DNA from: a virus
Reading direction: 5' to 3' (one strand)
IMG/VR virus record: IMGVR_UViG_3300002307_002134
Location: 32,001 to 96,000 of that record
Length of the DNA stretch: 64,000 bases
The notes under the pieces are model-generated. The model ran no database searches and was not told the origin of the DNA. It saw only the letters and a list, made by a program, of their open reading frames with translations. Both the position numbers and the translations under genes were made by a program. Numbering within the stretch: position 1 is the stretch's first letter; each line of letters opens with the position of its first letter. Positions 19,803 through 30,126 of the stretch are shown one piece after another.

Positions 19803-20603
19803 TTACATTAAAAAATTTTTGTATTTTTTTCTGTAATCTATTTTAAAATAATAATCGATTATTTCATCTTTTGACATGTTATTTAACATTAAATAAATTT
19901 CATTATTATTATTGAAATATTGATTAGAATTGTCGCTGAATGGTGTTCTCGAATGTTCTAAATGATAAATATCGTTAACAATTCTATCTATACGATAACC
20001 AATTTTTTGAAATCTTTCGTATCTCTCACTATCTTCTGGCCCATATGCTATAAATTTTTCATTTTCTCCACCAATTGCTCTATATTTCTCTGTATTTAGA
20101 AAAACGCAATGTCCATATTTTGCATCCCACATATCAAAATACCCAAGCTCAATATCATTAAGGTTAAAACTTTGATTGAAGGTTTCTCTGTTGAATGTTG
20201 TGAATACTCTTCTTTGAAACACGCCATTACCATAAGGATAAACAACATCTGATTCACCAGAAATTATCATATTAACAGCTTCAATATATGATTTAACTGG
20301 TAAAATAACATCTATATCATAATTAACAACTACAGGTGTATCCACTATATTTAACATTTCATTTAATTGTCTTGTTCTATGGTATATTGTTAAATCAGAT
20401 ACATCAATAATATGTTTTATATTGGTATTTTTATAATTATCTAAAGGCGGTAAGTTTGTTTTTCCAGATGTTATTTCATGAATAATAATATTAGTCTCAA
20501 AATGATAATTCAAATAACCTAAAACAGTTATTGCGTTGTTTAATCTATCGATAGATTCAACACATACTGGGATTATAAATGTTGTTTTTTTTAAATTTTC
20601 CAT
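19803..20603 (-). CDS. Glycosyltransferase (GT2/GT7 C-terminal-like)
   Basis: YDIDV and GGENEKFIAYGPED motifs. Confidence 0.8.
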   Translation of the reverse strand: MENLKKTTFIIPVCVESIDRLNNAITVLGYLNYHFETNIIIHEITSGKTNLPPLDNYKNTNIKHIIDVSDLTIYHRTRQLNEMLNIVDTPVVVNYDIDVILPVKSYIEAVNMIISGESDVVYPYGNGVFQRRVFTTFNRETFNQSFNLNDIELGYFDMWDAKYGHCVFLNTEKYRAIGGENEKFIAYGPEDSERYERFQKIGYRIDRIVNDIYHLEHSRTPFSDNSNQYFNNNNEIYLMLNNMSKDEIIDYYFKIDYRKKYKNFLM

Positions 20604-20606
20604 ATT

Positions 20607-21425
20607 TTATAGTAAATATATTGCACCATGTTGGTATTTAAACCCTTTAACAGGTATTATTTTGCTAGGCTCACAGAATAAAGTAACACCTAAATATTTT
20701 ATAGGTGCGTCACCCCATCTTTTAATATATATATTTCCGCTTTTATCAATTTCCTTATAATAATTATAATATTTTGAATTTATAAACCAATCTACTTTAC
20801 CTAATTCAAAATTAGTATAAAACATTTTCCCATCTGGAATTAAATTGATGTCAGTATAAGTTTCAATATTATTTGTTCTAATATAATTTTCAGTAAAGTT
20901 TTTTAACCCTTCAACAACTTTTGGGTTATCAATTTGCACCGCTGGTTCACAATAACCATATATTAAATCATTATTTTTTGCAAATAAAAAAATATCATAA
21001 TTTAATGGTGATAAGATATAAGAATCAGTATCTAACCTAAGATAATAATCATAATCTTTTAATATTTTAAGTTCATGGAACTGACCAGAAAAAAATCTAC
21101 ACATGTTTCTATAACCAATAGTAAACCCTGGGTGGCCAAACGCTACTGGTCCGTTAGCGTGTGTTGGGTGTGGATAAAACTCTGGAATTTTAAGTTTAAT
21201 TTCATCATTATAATCTGGTAAACCCATTTCTATTTCATAATAAATTAATTTATGATTAGATATTATACCATTTTTAAGTTCACCTAAATCTTTTTCATGA
21301 AAAATAATAATATCAAAACTATTAGTAAAACACATTAAATTATTTTCCAATAATGATAATGATTTATTAATCATGTTGATATCATCAATTGATGAACGTA
21401 GTAAATATACTATACAATTTTTCAT
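20607..21425 (-). CDS. GT15 (KRE2/MNT1-like) alpha-1,2-mannosyltransferase
   Basis: YRNMCRFFSG, YYLRLD, FYTNFE and RWGDAPI motifs. Confidence 0.8.
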   Translation of the reverse strand: MKNCIVYLLRSSIDDINMINKSLSLLENNLMCFTNSFDIIIFHEKDLGELKNGIISNHKLIYYEIEMGLPDYNDEIKLKIPEFYPHPTHANGPVAFGHPGFTIGYRNMCRFFSGQFHELKILKDYDYYLRLDTDSYILSPLNYDIFLFAKNNDLIYGYCEPAVQIDNPKVVEGLKNFTENYIRTNNIETYTDINLIPDGKMFYTNFELGKVDWFINSKYYNYYKEIDKSGNIYIKRWGDAPIKYLGVTLFCEPSKIIPVKGFKYQHGAIYLL

Positions 21426-21429
21426 ATAT

Positions 21430-22128
21430 TTATTTTATGTATTTTTCCCAATTAATTATTGGTGATAATAATCCATCACAATGAGTTGAAAAAGCTGGGA
21501 TTGGTGTGAATAATGTTCTGCCAATCCTTCCTAATCTAAGAAATTTTCCATTGTCATCTGTGACATTATTATGGCAATTAATTGAATGTAGTTTGTGAAT
21601 CCCCATATCAGTTTTTAGCGTAATCATTTTACAAGCATACGTATTACAAGTTGACGGTACCGTCCTCCAATGAACAGATTTTGTTAATACTATTTTAGAA
21701 TTTAAATCTGGATAGTCTAAATATTTATCTAAGTGGTCATATAATGATATATAATCACTGATTTCAACACCTTCAATTATAGCATTGCACCAATTTTCTC
21801 TATGTAAATAATCATCTTCTAAAATATAAATAATACTATCATCACTCAAATTATCATTTTCAATAATTTTAAGTATTTCTAAAAAACTACTAGCTTCAGT
21901 GCCACAATTAATTTTAATCACTTCAATATCTTCAGTAAAAAAAATATCTGAATTATCACCAAAATATGTATCATAAATAATTTTAACATTACACATTTCT
22001 TTATTAACTGTTTCAATAAAATTATTCCAGATTTTCTTTTTATCAAACCATACTGGCCTTATCCTATTTCCTATTACTGAGTTTGGCGAATAAAAAGCGT
22101 GTCTAACATAAACATTAATTTTTTTCAT
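21430..22128 (-). CDS. GT-A glycosyltransferase
   Basis: IYILEDDYLH motif. Confidence 0.7.
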   Translation of the reverse strand: MKKINVYVRHAFYSPNSVIGNRIRPVWFDKKKIWNNFIETVNKEMCNVKIIYDTYFGDNSDIFFTEDIEVIKINCGTEASSFLEILKIIENDNLSDDSIIYILEDDYLHRENWCNAIIEGVEISDYISLYDHLDKYLDYPDLNSKIVLTKSVHWRTVPSTCNTYACKMITLKTDMGIHKLHSINCHNNVTDDNGKFLRLGRIGRTLFTPIPAFSTHCDGLLSPIINWEKYIK

Positions 22129-23122
22129 TTTCCCAAAATTTATATATTCCTTTATCTAATTCATATTTATTCCAAATAAATCTATTTCTAATTGGTTGTT
22201 TTTTTGCCCATTCCCACATTTTAGTTAAACCTTCCTTAAGATTAGTTTTGTGCTCAAATCCAAGAATGTCAACAGATTTACACCAAGTTGGTATTGAATG
22301 TTTTACTTCATGTCGTTGTTCATAAAATTTAGTTTCACCACCACCAATAACTTCTTTTAAAATATTATTTGATTCTAAAATAGAATATTCTTCAATACCA
22401 CCTAAATTAATTATTTCTTTTGATGCACGTGGTTCGATTGCTGTTCTCCATAATGGTTCTAAACTATCATCGATATAACTAAAAGCTCTTGTTTGAGACC
22501 CATCACCAAAAATAGACATTGGTTCATTATTGAGATGTTGATACATCCAGATACCTAAAACGTTTCTGTATTTATCCCATATGTTTTGATTGATACCGTA
22601 AACATTATGTGGCCTAATGATACACCAATCTAAATTATGTTGTTCTCCAGCTATCATTATATCCATTTCACAGGCGTATTTAGCCACGCCATAAGGGTCT
22701 ATTGGTTTTGGTTGTTGTTGTTCATCGAATAGACCATTAACAGGGTGTCCGTAAACGGCTAGTGTAGATGTAAAAATTAATCTATCTATATTATATCTAA
22801 TACTTTCATTAATTACATTTGCAGTAGCTACTAAATTATTTTGGTAATTAAATTGTCGAATGAATGGCGATAACCCTTCTGCTGCATATGCGGCAAAATG
22901 AAACACATAGTTTGGTTTAAACTCATCAAAAATTGATTTAAGTTTTTGGTCTTTTAAATCCATCTTATAAAAAATAACTTTTGAATTTACGTTATTAATA
23001 TAACCACCACTTAAATCATCTATGCCAACAACAATATATGTTGGTTGGTTTTCTATTATCCAATTGGCTAATCTAGAACCGATTAAACCAGCAACGCCAG
23101 TTATTAATATTGTTTTATTCAT
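22115..23122 (-). CDS. NAD-dependent nucleotide-sugar epimerase/dehydratase
   Basis: GVAGLIGS, YGVAK, RPHNVYG and GDGSQTR motifs. Confidence 0.9.
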   Translation of the reverse strand: MNKTILITGVAGLIGSRLANWIIENQPTYIVVGIDDLSGGYINNVNSKVIFYKMDLKDQKLKSIFDEFKPNYVFHFAAYAAEGLSPFIRQFNYQNNLVATANVINESIRYNIDRLIFTSTLAVYGHPVNGLFDEQQQPKPIDPYGVAKYACEMDIMIAGEQHNLDWCIIRPHNVYGINQNIWDKYRNVLGIWMYQHLNNEPMSIFGDGSQTRAFSYIDDSLEPLWRTAIEPRASKEIINLGGIEEYSILESNNILKEVIGGGETKFYEQRHEVKHSIPTWCKSVDILGFEHKTNLKEGLTKMWEWAKKQPIRNRFIWNKYELDKGIYKFWENEKN

Positions 23123-23837
23123 TATTAAATTTTAAATTAATTAATTCGTTTGAGTTTAAGAAATTATGCCCGTGAAAACCAAAATGATTTTCTGGATTAT
23201 AATTAACTCTATTAACATCTCTTATTTTCATTTCATCACCAATGAAAGCGTTTTCATACGAAAATTTTAACGCTAATTCAAATGGTGGGTGTTTAATTCC
23301 AAATTCATTTGCTTTATTATTATTTACTATATTTAAAAAAGAATCCTCACCAATTCCATTACAAGTAGTAAATTGTGATGAGTATTTTAAAAACTTATTG
23401 CTTCTTAAACTAAAACCACCATTACCAACTCTAGTGTGTTTAAGGTTTTCATACATATATTGTCTTATATTTTGGTTTTGTAATTCAATCCAAGCACTAT
23501 CTTCATGTGATGACCAAGGTGCACCAATATAATCATAGTTTAAAAACAAGTCATCCCATTTATTTTGATTGATTATGAAGCCATCATCTTGTACAACCAA
23601 AACAAATTCATTATTGATAAATTGATTCAATCTCAAAACAAAATCGTTATATTCATTGACAGAATTTAATTTTTTTATTTTAATAATTTCTATTGTATCA
23701 GCAACAATTTCGTCATGTGTAAACATAATAGCTCTACCAAAATTAAAATATTTTTGGCAATGTTTAATTGCCATAATACCAGCATGCGTGTTGGTGCAAT
23801 TAATGGTTATTATATCAATGTTTTTCAAATCTTTCAT
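23115..23837 (-). CDS. DUF5672-like GT-A protein
   Basis: QDDG, YDYIGAPW, VGNGGFSLRS, ED and FGFHG motifs. Confidence 0.75.
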   Translation of the reverse strand: MKDLKNIDIITINCTNTHAGIMAIKHCQKYFNFGRAIMFTHDEIVADTIEIIKIKKLNSVNEYNDFVLRLNQFINNEFVLVVQDDGFIINQNKWDDLFLNYDYIGAPWSSHEDSAWIELQNQNIRQYMYENLKHTRVGNGGFSLRSNKFLKYSSQFTTCNGIGEDSFLNIVNNNKANEFGIKHPPFELALKFSYENAFIGDEMKIRDVNRVNYNPENHFGFHGHNFLNSNELINLKFNNE

Positions 23838-23840
23838 ATA

Positions 23841-24491
23841 TTATATTGGTATACCACCAGTTGTTATAACTCCTCGTTCAATCCAAGGTAATTTAGTTAC
23901 TGAAAATAAATCTTTAAAATCTTTCCTAATTAAATAAACATTACCGCTATCTCTCCCAACATAACCAGACATACCAATAAACTCATAACCTAATTCTAAA
24001 CCCATATTAACCAACATTTCAATTGATGAACCTTCTGGGTTTCTTTTTTCAATAACATCACCGTTTGGTTCTACAATTAAAATGATAGGTTTATATTTAC
24101 CCAAGCTTTTAGTTACGTTTAAATCATCCCCATCAATATCAATTGATGCTAAGATAAAATTATTATTATCAACATTAAATTTAGATTCATCAACCATTCG
24201 TTCCAAGCTATTTTCAATACTTGCAAATGATTTATAACAATGAATATTAGGGTATTTAGCTTGTAGGTCATTAACATTTAATCTATCTGACCCTTCGATT
24301 AAAATACCCTTGTAATTATTATTTTTTGACCACAGATTTGCTGTATTACTTAAATAAAAACCATCCCACGCACCAATTTCTAATACTACACCACTATCCA
24401 ATTTTAAATAATTAAATAACGATTGATTTATACCGTCTTCACCATTTTGTGAAAATGTATCTACACTATATTCATATAAATATTTTTTCAT
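23841..24491 (-). CDS. FkbM-like SAM-dependent methyltransferase (likely start 24491)
   Basis: SQNGEDG, EIGAWDG...SNT and SIDIDG motifs; GTATTTAT motif upstream of the second ATG. Confidence 0.75.
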   Translation of the reverse strand: MKKYLYEYSVDTFSQNGEDGINQSLFNYLKLDSGVVLEIGAWDGFYLSNTANLWSKNNNYKGILIEGSDRLNVNDLQAKYPNIHCYKSFASIENSLERMVDESKFNVDNNNFILASIDIDGDDLNVTKSLGKYKPIILIVEPNGDVIEKRNPEGSSIEMLVNMGLELGYEFIGMSGYVGRDSGNVYLIRKDFKDLFSVTKLPWIERGVITTGGIPI

Positions 24492-24593
24492 ATTATTTAT
24501 TACAATTATAAATACGGTAAACACATTTACCCCAATGACATTTTTTTTCATATATTTGGGCAGCTTCCCAACATTCTTTTGTTATTTCTTGTT

Positions 24594-25412
24594 TTAACAT
24601 GGTCTTGATGTGTTTATTTTATTGTTTATTTTATTAGCATGTCTTTCATAGACAATTCTTGTGTTTTTTTGGTTTGAAGCTAATTGCCAAGCCGCTGGTT
24701 GACCATTTATCCTAGTTCCACCCCAGTTAGGGTCCGATATGTAATCAATCCAATAACAACCAACAACTTTATTTAATTTTTCGGACATTCTAAAACATAA
24801 ATCATGGTCATCCATGTCTAATGGTGCAAATGCTTCATCAAAAAAATCTAAATTTTTAAAATCATCATAATTAATTGCTAATGGTCCCCTATTAACACAC
24901 TGTCTAATTGCAAATACATCTCGTGGTATCGTATTTTTATTTGCATGGTCAACATGTATTAAAATATCGCTCCATTCATAATCATTATTTTCATTTGTTA
25001 AAATATGTTTTGAATTTTGATTAATTTCCCAATTATGGGCACAGTTTGCCGTTACAGCAAACACATCATCAAATTCCCTAAAAGGTTTCGTTAATCTATG
25101 ATTCCAATCTTGTTCATTGATGACCATATCGTCTTGTATTATAATAACTATGTCACCAGTAGCTTCTTTTAGGCCAACATTATTCGCTTTGGTCTCAAAT
25201 ACATCTGGAGTGTTTAATATTTTAATATTCATTTCTGAATTATTATCTTTAAAAGATTTAATCATCTCAGAAGAATTATCGGTTGAACCATCATTTATAA
25301 TTATTAATTCATAAGTACCATGAGTATATTGTTTTATACTATTTAATACACGTGTTATTAAATACCCTTTATTATGTACCGTTAAAATTAATGTTTGATT
25401 ATTAGTAAGCAT
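24594..25412 (-). CDS. GT2 glycosyltransferase
   Basis: INDGSTDNS, NVGLKEA, IQDD and DDHD motifs. Confidence 0.85.
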   Translation of the reverse strand: MLTNNQTLILTVHNKGYLITRVLNSIKQYTHGTYELIIINDGSTDNSSEMIKSFKDNNSEMNIKILNTPDVFETKANNVGLKEATGDIVIIIQDDMVINEQDWNHRLTKPFREFDDVFAVTANCAHNWEINQNSKHILTNENNDYEWSDILIHVDHANKNTIPRDVFAIRQCVNRGPLAINYDDFKNLDFFDEAFAPLDMDDHDLCFRMSEKLNKVVGCYWIDYISDPNWGGTRINGQPAAWQLASNQKNTRIVYERHANKINNKINTSRPC

Positions 25413-26067
25413 TGCAAGTAATATATTGTCTAAGCAAATTATTTATGTTTAAACCATACTTAACAGCCAAATTAGTTAAAACACTTTGGTCATATCTATG
25501 TTCAACAAATCCAATTAAATTATTACCATAAATATTATCAATATTAGTTAAAATATGTTCATTTTTACAATATTCTAACCATTTATTTAATAAAAAAATC
25601 ATTTTATCACTTTTTTTAATTGTTATAATTCCAGCTTCTATTTGAATTTGATTATGATATATTTGTTCATCACAACCCATCAATATAAAACAATCTCTTT
25701 TAGTAAAATTTTTTTGTAGATAAACACCAGCTGTTAAAATTAACTCTTCTGATGTCTTGGTAAAATATTGTTTTAAAAAATCAACTAATCCATTTTCAAA
25801 TATATCGGCTGAATCTAAATAAAAAATAACATCACCATTTTCTAAGTGTTTAAGCGTTTCTAAGATAACATATGGTTTCCAAAGACAAAAACCAGCACCA
25901 ACCTTTTGGTCTAAAATTTTTTTATTTTCTAAGTAAAAATCAGTAGTAATAAGCCATTCACGGTCATAAGTATATACACCGTCAAATGATTTTTCAGCTT
26001 TAATGTTAAGTTTTTTTCGATGAAAATCAAATTTTTCATCAGAATAAGTTATAAAATATGTTTTCAT
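25402..26067 (-). CDS. Putative glycosyltransferase (WKP / HRxDQS type)
   Basis: LWKPY, YLDS and EHRYDQS motifs. Confidence 0.65.
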   Translation of the reverse strand: MKTYFITYSDEKFDFHRKKLNIKAEKSFDGVYTYDREWLITTDFYLENKKILDQKVGAGFCLWKPYVILETLKHLENGDVIFYLDSADIFENGLVDFLKQYFTKTSEELILTAGVYLQKNFTKRDCFILMGCDEQIYHNQIQIEAGIITIKKSDKMIFLLNKWLEYCKNEHILTNIDNIYGNNLIGFVEHRYDQSVLTNLAVKYGLNINNLLRQYITCNAY

Positions 26068-26069
26068 AA

Positions 26070-26885
26070 TTAAATTATTATCATTTCTTTTGTGTATAAA
26101 TCGGTTAGGTCGTGTTGCATTTTTTCACCAAACCAATTTTTAGGTGCTATTATTTTTTTTGTTTTATTTTTAGATAGATAACTGCTCCACCAGCTGAATG
26201 AACTATTTGATATTATATGATGCTGACATAAAGATAGCGTTACAAAATCAATATACGGTGATTTACTATCAATTACAGTAAAATTATTTTTATCGTTCCA
26301 AATCCCTTTACACCATTCAATATCATCTGAAGAGATAATGTAATGAAAATTGCCGTTAAGTTCTTCGATTGCTTTTTCAACATAATCAATTCCATTCAAT
26401 GAATGGAACCCTTCTAAGTATAAATAATCACCTCTTCTAATATGAATGCTAACTAATTCTTTATCTGTTTTAGGTAAAAGATTATTTGCTTTATCAATAA
26501 GTTCTTGTTTTATTTTAAGAGTGTTAATTATTTTTTCTTTACAGTGTTCAAAATATTTTTCACTTTGTAAATAACCATCAATATTAGTCATATCAGTAAT
26601 TTCAAATAATTCTTTATCAAAATGAAAGAATCTTTCTCTTTTTGTTTTATTGATTAAAATATTATTTGAAAAATATTTTTTATCAATGTCAAAACAATCT
26701 AACAAATCAAACCTAGCGTTAAACGCCACGCCATTAGCGTTTATTTGAACTATTGAATTTATTATATTAAAGTTTGGAAATAAAACATCGTAACCAAGTT
26801 TTTCACCAATACCTATAGTACCAGCAAATTGAAAAATTTGATTTCCGAATCTACCGTTATAACCTATATTTTGATATGTTATCAT
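26070..26885 (-). CDS. GT11 alpha-1,2-fucosyltransferase-like
   Basis: GRFGNQIFQ, GYLQSEKYF, HIRRGDY, SDD and NSSFSWW motifs. Confidence 0.9.
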   Translation of the reverse strand: MITYQNIGYNGRFGNQIFQFAGTIGIGEKLGYDVLFPNFNIINSIVQINANGVAFNARFDLLDCFDIDKKYFSNNILINKTKRERFFHFDKELFEITDMTNIDGYLQSEKYFEHCKEKIINTLKIKQELIDKANNLLPKTDKELVSIHIRRGDYLYLEGFHSLNGIDYVEKAIEELNGNFHYIISSDDIEWCKGIWNDKNNFTVIDSKSPYIDFVTLSLCQHHIISNSSFSWWSSYLSKNKTKKIIAPKNWFGEKMQHDLTDLYTKEMIII

Positions 26886-26889
26886 TAAA

Positions 26890-27603
26890 TTATAATTTTA
26901 AATATCTTTGTTTATTTCTAATTTTTATTGCTATATCGTTGACCAAAGTTAAATCTACTTTGTGGTCATTTAAAGGATTTTCTTCATTATAAATATAATT
27001 TATCTCTTCCATAAAATAATATCTTTCTTCACCAGCCATTTCAAGCATAGGAAACATAAAAGATAAATCACCAGTTACTTTCCAATAAATACCCGTTTCA
27101 TCTTTTAAATCTTCTTGATTTATTTTTCTCCATAAAAAAGCCCTCCAAGTTCTTATATGTGAAGCCGTGAATCTAGAGCCTCTTAAATTACCAAAGTTGG
27201 TTTGTTTGGAGGAAAATCCAATAGTTCCGTTTGAGTAACGAAAACTACCATTAGCTATCCAAATATTTGGGTTTGAATAGACTTTGTTAATCCTAGATAA
27301 TGTGTTGGCATCTGGTAACCAATCATCACCATCGACCTCTACTATTATTTCATCATTAGATATTTTATCATTGTTTCTAATTACTTGGTCGTAATTACCT
27401 GGTTGATAAAATTTTGTTTTGTTTTCAACAAGTATAAATCTATTATCACCTTGAATCATTTGTTTTACAACTTCTACAGTATTATCTGTTGACATGTCAT
27501 CAGTAATATAGCATGTAAAATCATCAAATGTTTGACCCATAAGTGAACCGATACATTTTTCAATATAGTTAACACAATTATATGCAGTCGTAACTATTAC
27601 CAT
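26890..27603 (-). CDS. GT2 glycosyltransferase
   Basis: DDMSTD and VDGDD motifs. Confidence 0.85.
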   Translation of the reverse strand: MVIVTTAYNCVNYIEKCIGSLMGQTFDDFTCYITDDMSTDNTVEVVKQMIQGDNRFILVENKTKFYQPGNYDQVIRNNDKISNDEIIVEVDGDDWLPDANTLSRINKVYSNPNIWIANGSFRYSNGTIGFSSKQTNFGNLRGSRFTASHIRTWRAFLWRKINQEDLKDETGIYWKVTGDLSFMFPMLEMAGEERYYFMEEINYIYNEENPLNDHKVDLTLVNDIAIKIRNKQRYLKL

Positions 27604-28352
27604 TAGCTTAAAATTTTTAATCTACTATTAAGGTATCCGTTATAATCTTTTTTTTGTTCTTCTTCATTCATAAGATAGTAAAGACCTAACCCTCTTTCTT
27701 TATTAAAATTACTTAATCTTTCACCCCTTATTTTTTGTTTTAACATGTGGTCCTTCAAACCTAGAAATTTATAGTGTAGCATTTTTAAACTAGTGTCATT
27801 TGACACCATTATATTCCCTATTGGGTTGGCAGTATGGCATCCGAAATTGTAATTTATATTTGAAATAGCATTACAATCAAACATCATAAATTTATCTAAA
27901 ACATTTGCTCTAACACCTTTTTTTACTTTTTCTAAAATATTATCAGTAGGTGTTAACTCTAAATCTTCATCACCAACCATATGATAACCTTCTGGTTTAA
28001 AAATAGTAACACCCTTTTGTTTCGATTCTTGCAAAAATTCAATCATATTTTCATGGTATAAAAATTCATCACAATCACCAACAATTACATAGTCAGCATA
28101 CCCAACACTAGATTTCCACACGTGATTCTTTAGTTTCAAATAAATACTATCATTTAACTCGTTGTTAGAATCATAAGGAATTATTTCAGCGTTAGGAAAC
28201 GATTGAATAATTTCGCAACTTTTATCTGTTGAATGATTATCCAAAATAATTACTTTCTCACAAAAACTTAAATAATGTTTTAATAAATGAGGTAATATAT
28301 TTTCTTCATTAAAACAAATAAAAAAAGCATGTACTATTGGTTTATTTTTCAT
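27603..28352 (-). CDS. GT2-like glycosyltransferase
   Basis: FNEE, DNHSTD, DCDEF and LHYK motifs. Confidence 0.8.
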   Translation of the reverse strand: MKNKPIVHAFFICFNEENILPHLLKHYLSFCEKVIILDNHSTDKSCEIIQSFPNAEIIPYDSNNELNDSIYLKLKNHVWKSSVGYADYVIVGDCDEFLYHENMIEFLQESKQKGVTIFKPEGYHMVGDEDLELTPTDNILEKVKKGVRANVLDKFMMFDCNAISNINYNFGCHTANPIGNIMVSNDTSLKMLHYKFLGLKDHMLKQKIRGERLSNFNKERGLGLYYLMNEEEQKKDYNGYLNSRLKILS

Positions 28353-29341
28353 TTTTTCTTAGTTTTGTTTTCATATTTTTCATCTAACCCAATCATTCTA
28401 TGTTTTTCCAAAATATCTTCACCATCAACTTTTACAGTTGCCAAAAACTTTATCAAATAATGCCCGTTGTATTCAACAATCTTGTCAAAAGAAGTAATTT
28501 CATAATTATATATTAAAAAATCGTCAGCCCCAGCTGTTTTATACGTTATAAATTCAACTTCTTTTATTTCCAGCATATTTGATGTCAAAGGATTAACCAT
28601 CGCTTTTTTAATTTCTCTAATAAACAAATTAGAATTTTTATTATATTCGTCTGGATAAACGCTAACATAAAATTCTAATAGTTTTGTTCTTTCATCAATT
28701 GTTCTAACATTTAATTTGGTAGTGTAGTCTTCAATGTTAAATTTAGGAGCAAATAATCTTTTTACATTAACGGGTTTTTGTGTCTTATGACTAGCAAAGA
28801 AATCAGTAGAATTGATACCGCCATGTATTGCAATTTTTTCTTCATTTTCTTTTACTTCTTCAGAACCATTATTTACCTCAACAAAGGTAGTTATTTCCTT
28901 TTTTGGTTGATTAAAAGTGTTGATAAAAGAGTTACCTAAAGACTCATTAACGCCCAATGTAATCTCATTATTGTCAACAACCATTTCCAAAGGATATGAA
29001 TCTGTTGGGTCTGTTTTTATTTTACCTAACCCTAATTTTTTATTAACTTTTTTGGTTGTAACTATTGGCATACCATCTTCATCATAACCTACTATTTCAC
29101 AGACTAAATCTTCAGCATGTTTTAATATTTTATATGTCCTCCAACGCAAATCCATTACTTCTTGTGTTATTTCGCCATGAACCAAAGAATCAGCTAATTG
29201 ACCTTGAGAGTGCCTTCTTTCTTGATTAACATCACTACCTAAAGGGGTACCATTCTGGCTAAATGCATTTTTTTCAACATTTGCCATAGCCAAGGAAATA
29301 ATAGCAGCTTGTTTTTTTGCCCAATTTTTTATTTTTTTCAT
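28349..29341 (-). CDS. Hypothetical protein (likely start MKKIK)
   Basis: Long ORF within the island. Confidence 0.6.
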   Translation of the reverse strand: MKKIKNWAKKQAAIISLAMANVEKNAFSQNGTPLGSDVNQERRHSQGQLADSLVHGEITQEVMDLRWRTYKILKHAEDLVCEIVGYDEDGMPIVTTKKVNKKLGLGKIKTDPTDSYPLEMVVDNNEITLGVNESLGNSFINTFNQPKKEITTFVEVNNGSEEVKENEEKIAIHGGINSTDFFASHKTQKPVNVKRLFAPKFNIEDYTTKLNVRTIDERTKLLEFYVSVYPDEYNKNSNLFIREIKKAMVNPLTSNMLEIKEVEFITYKTAGADDFLIYNYEITSFDKIVEYNGHYLIKFLATVKVDGEDILEKHRMIGLDEKYENKTKKK

Positions 29342-30126
29342 TAGTTTAATTCCAAAATTTTTAACCATTTTTGTATTATTTCATCATTTGTTAATAAAAC
29401 TGGTGGGTTTTCAGTTGCCTCATTTCCATTAAATATAACACCAGTTGATTCGCACTCATCTTTTACCAAACAGGCTACTTCACTTTTAGAAGAATGATAT
29501 ACACAACCAATCATATCATACATAGATTGTTTATCTTCAATAAAACCTTTTAATATAACTTTTTCACTTAACAAAGGTTTTATATATTTTTCATAATATT
29601 CCCCACGTGGTTCACCAAACAAATAAACTTTTTCACAACCATCAGTCAATGCTCTTTGAATTGATATATGCGTTTGTTTATTTTCATCAAAAGAACCAAT
29701 AACACCAGCTATATTTTTCAAATTTTTTTTATCTCTGACAATAAAGTTTTTTTTTAAATTTGGTATTATTGTAAATTTACCCGTGTATTGATTATGATAA
29801 TCTTTATGTCGTTGATTTAAAAAAACCACTTCGTCCCAAAATTGTTTAATTTTACCAACTTCATATAAATTTTTTTCATGGCAAGATAAAATTACTTTTT
29901 TTGCCGCTGGTCTGCTAGGTAGTTGCAAAAAATGACAAATCAATATATCATCTGGGTTTACAATAAACCCATCATTTAATAATGCAGATTTGCATTTATC
30001 CAAATGCCATTGATGTGGCCCATAAAAAATTGTGTTGTCCCCTCTCTTATTGAATTCATTTGTTAAATCAATAAATGCTGAGGTTGACCCTCCTTTATCT
30101 GAATATCCAGAAACTATTTTTATCAT
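29341..30126 (-). CDS. GT-B/GT4-like glycosyltransferase
   Basis: N-terminal GG motif and HSSKSE...E motif. Confidence 0.65.
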   Translation of the reverse strand: MIKIVSGYSDKGGSTSAFIDLTNEFNKRGDNTIFYGPHQWHLDKCKSALLNDGFIVNPDDILICHFLQLPSRPAAKKVILSCHEKNLYEVGKIKQFWDEVVFLNQRHKDYHNQYTGKFTIIPNLKKNFIVRDKKNLKNIAGVIGSFDENKQTHISIQRALTDGCEKVYLFGEPRGEYYEKYIKPLLSEKVILKGFIEDKQSMYDMIGCVYHSSKSEVACLVKDECESTGVIFNGNEATENPPVLLTNDEIIQKWLKILELN

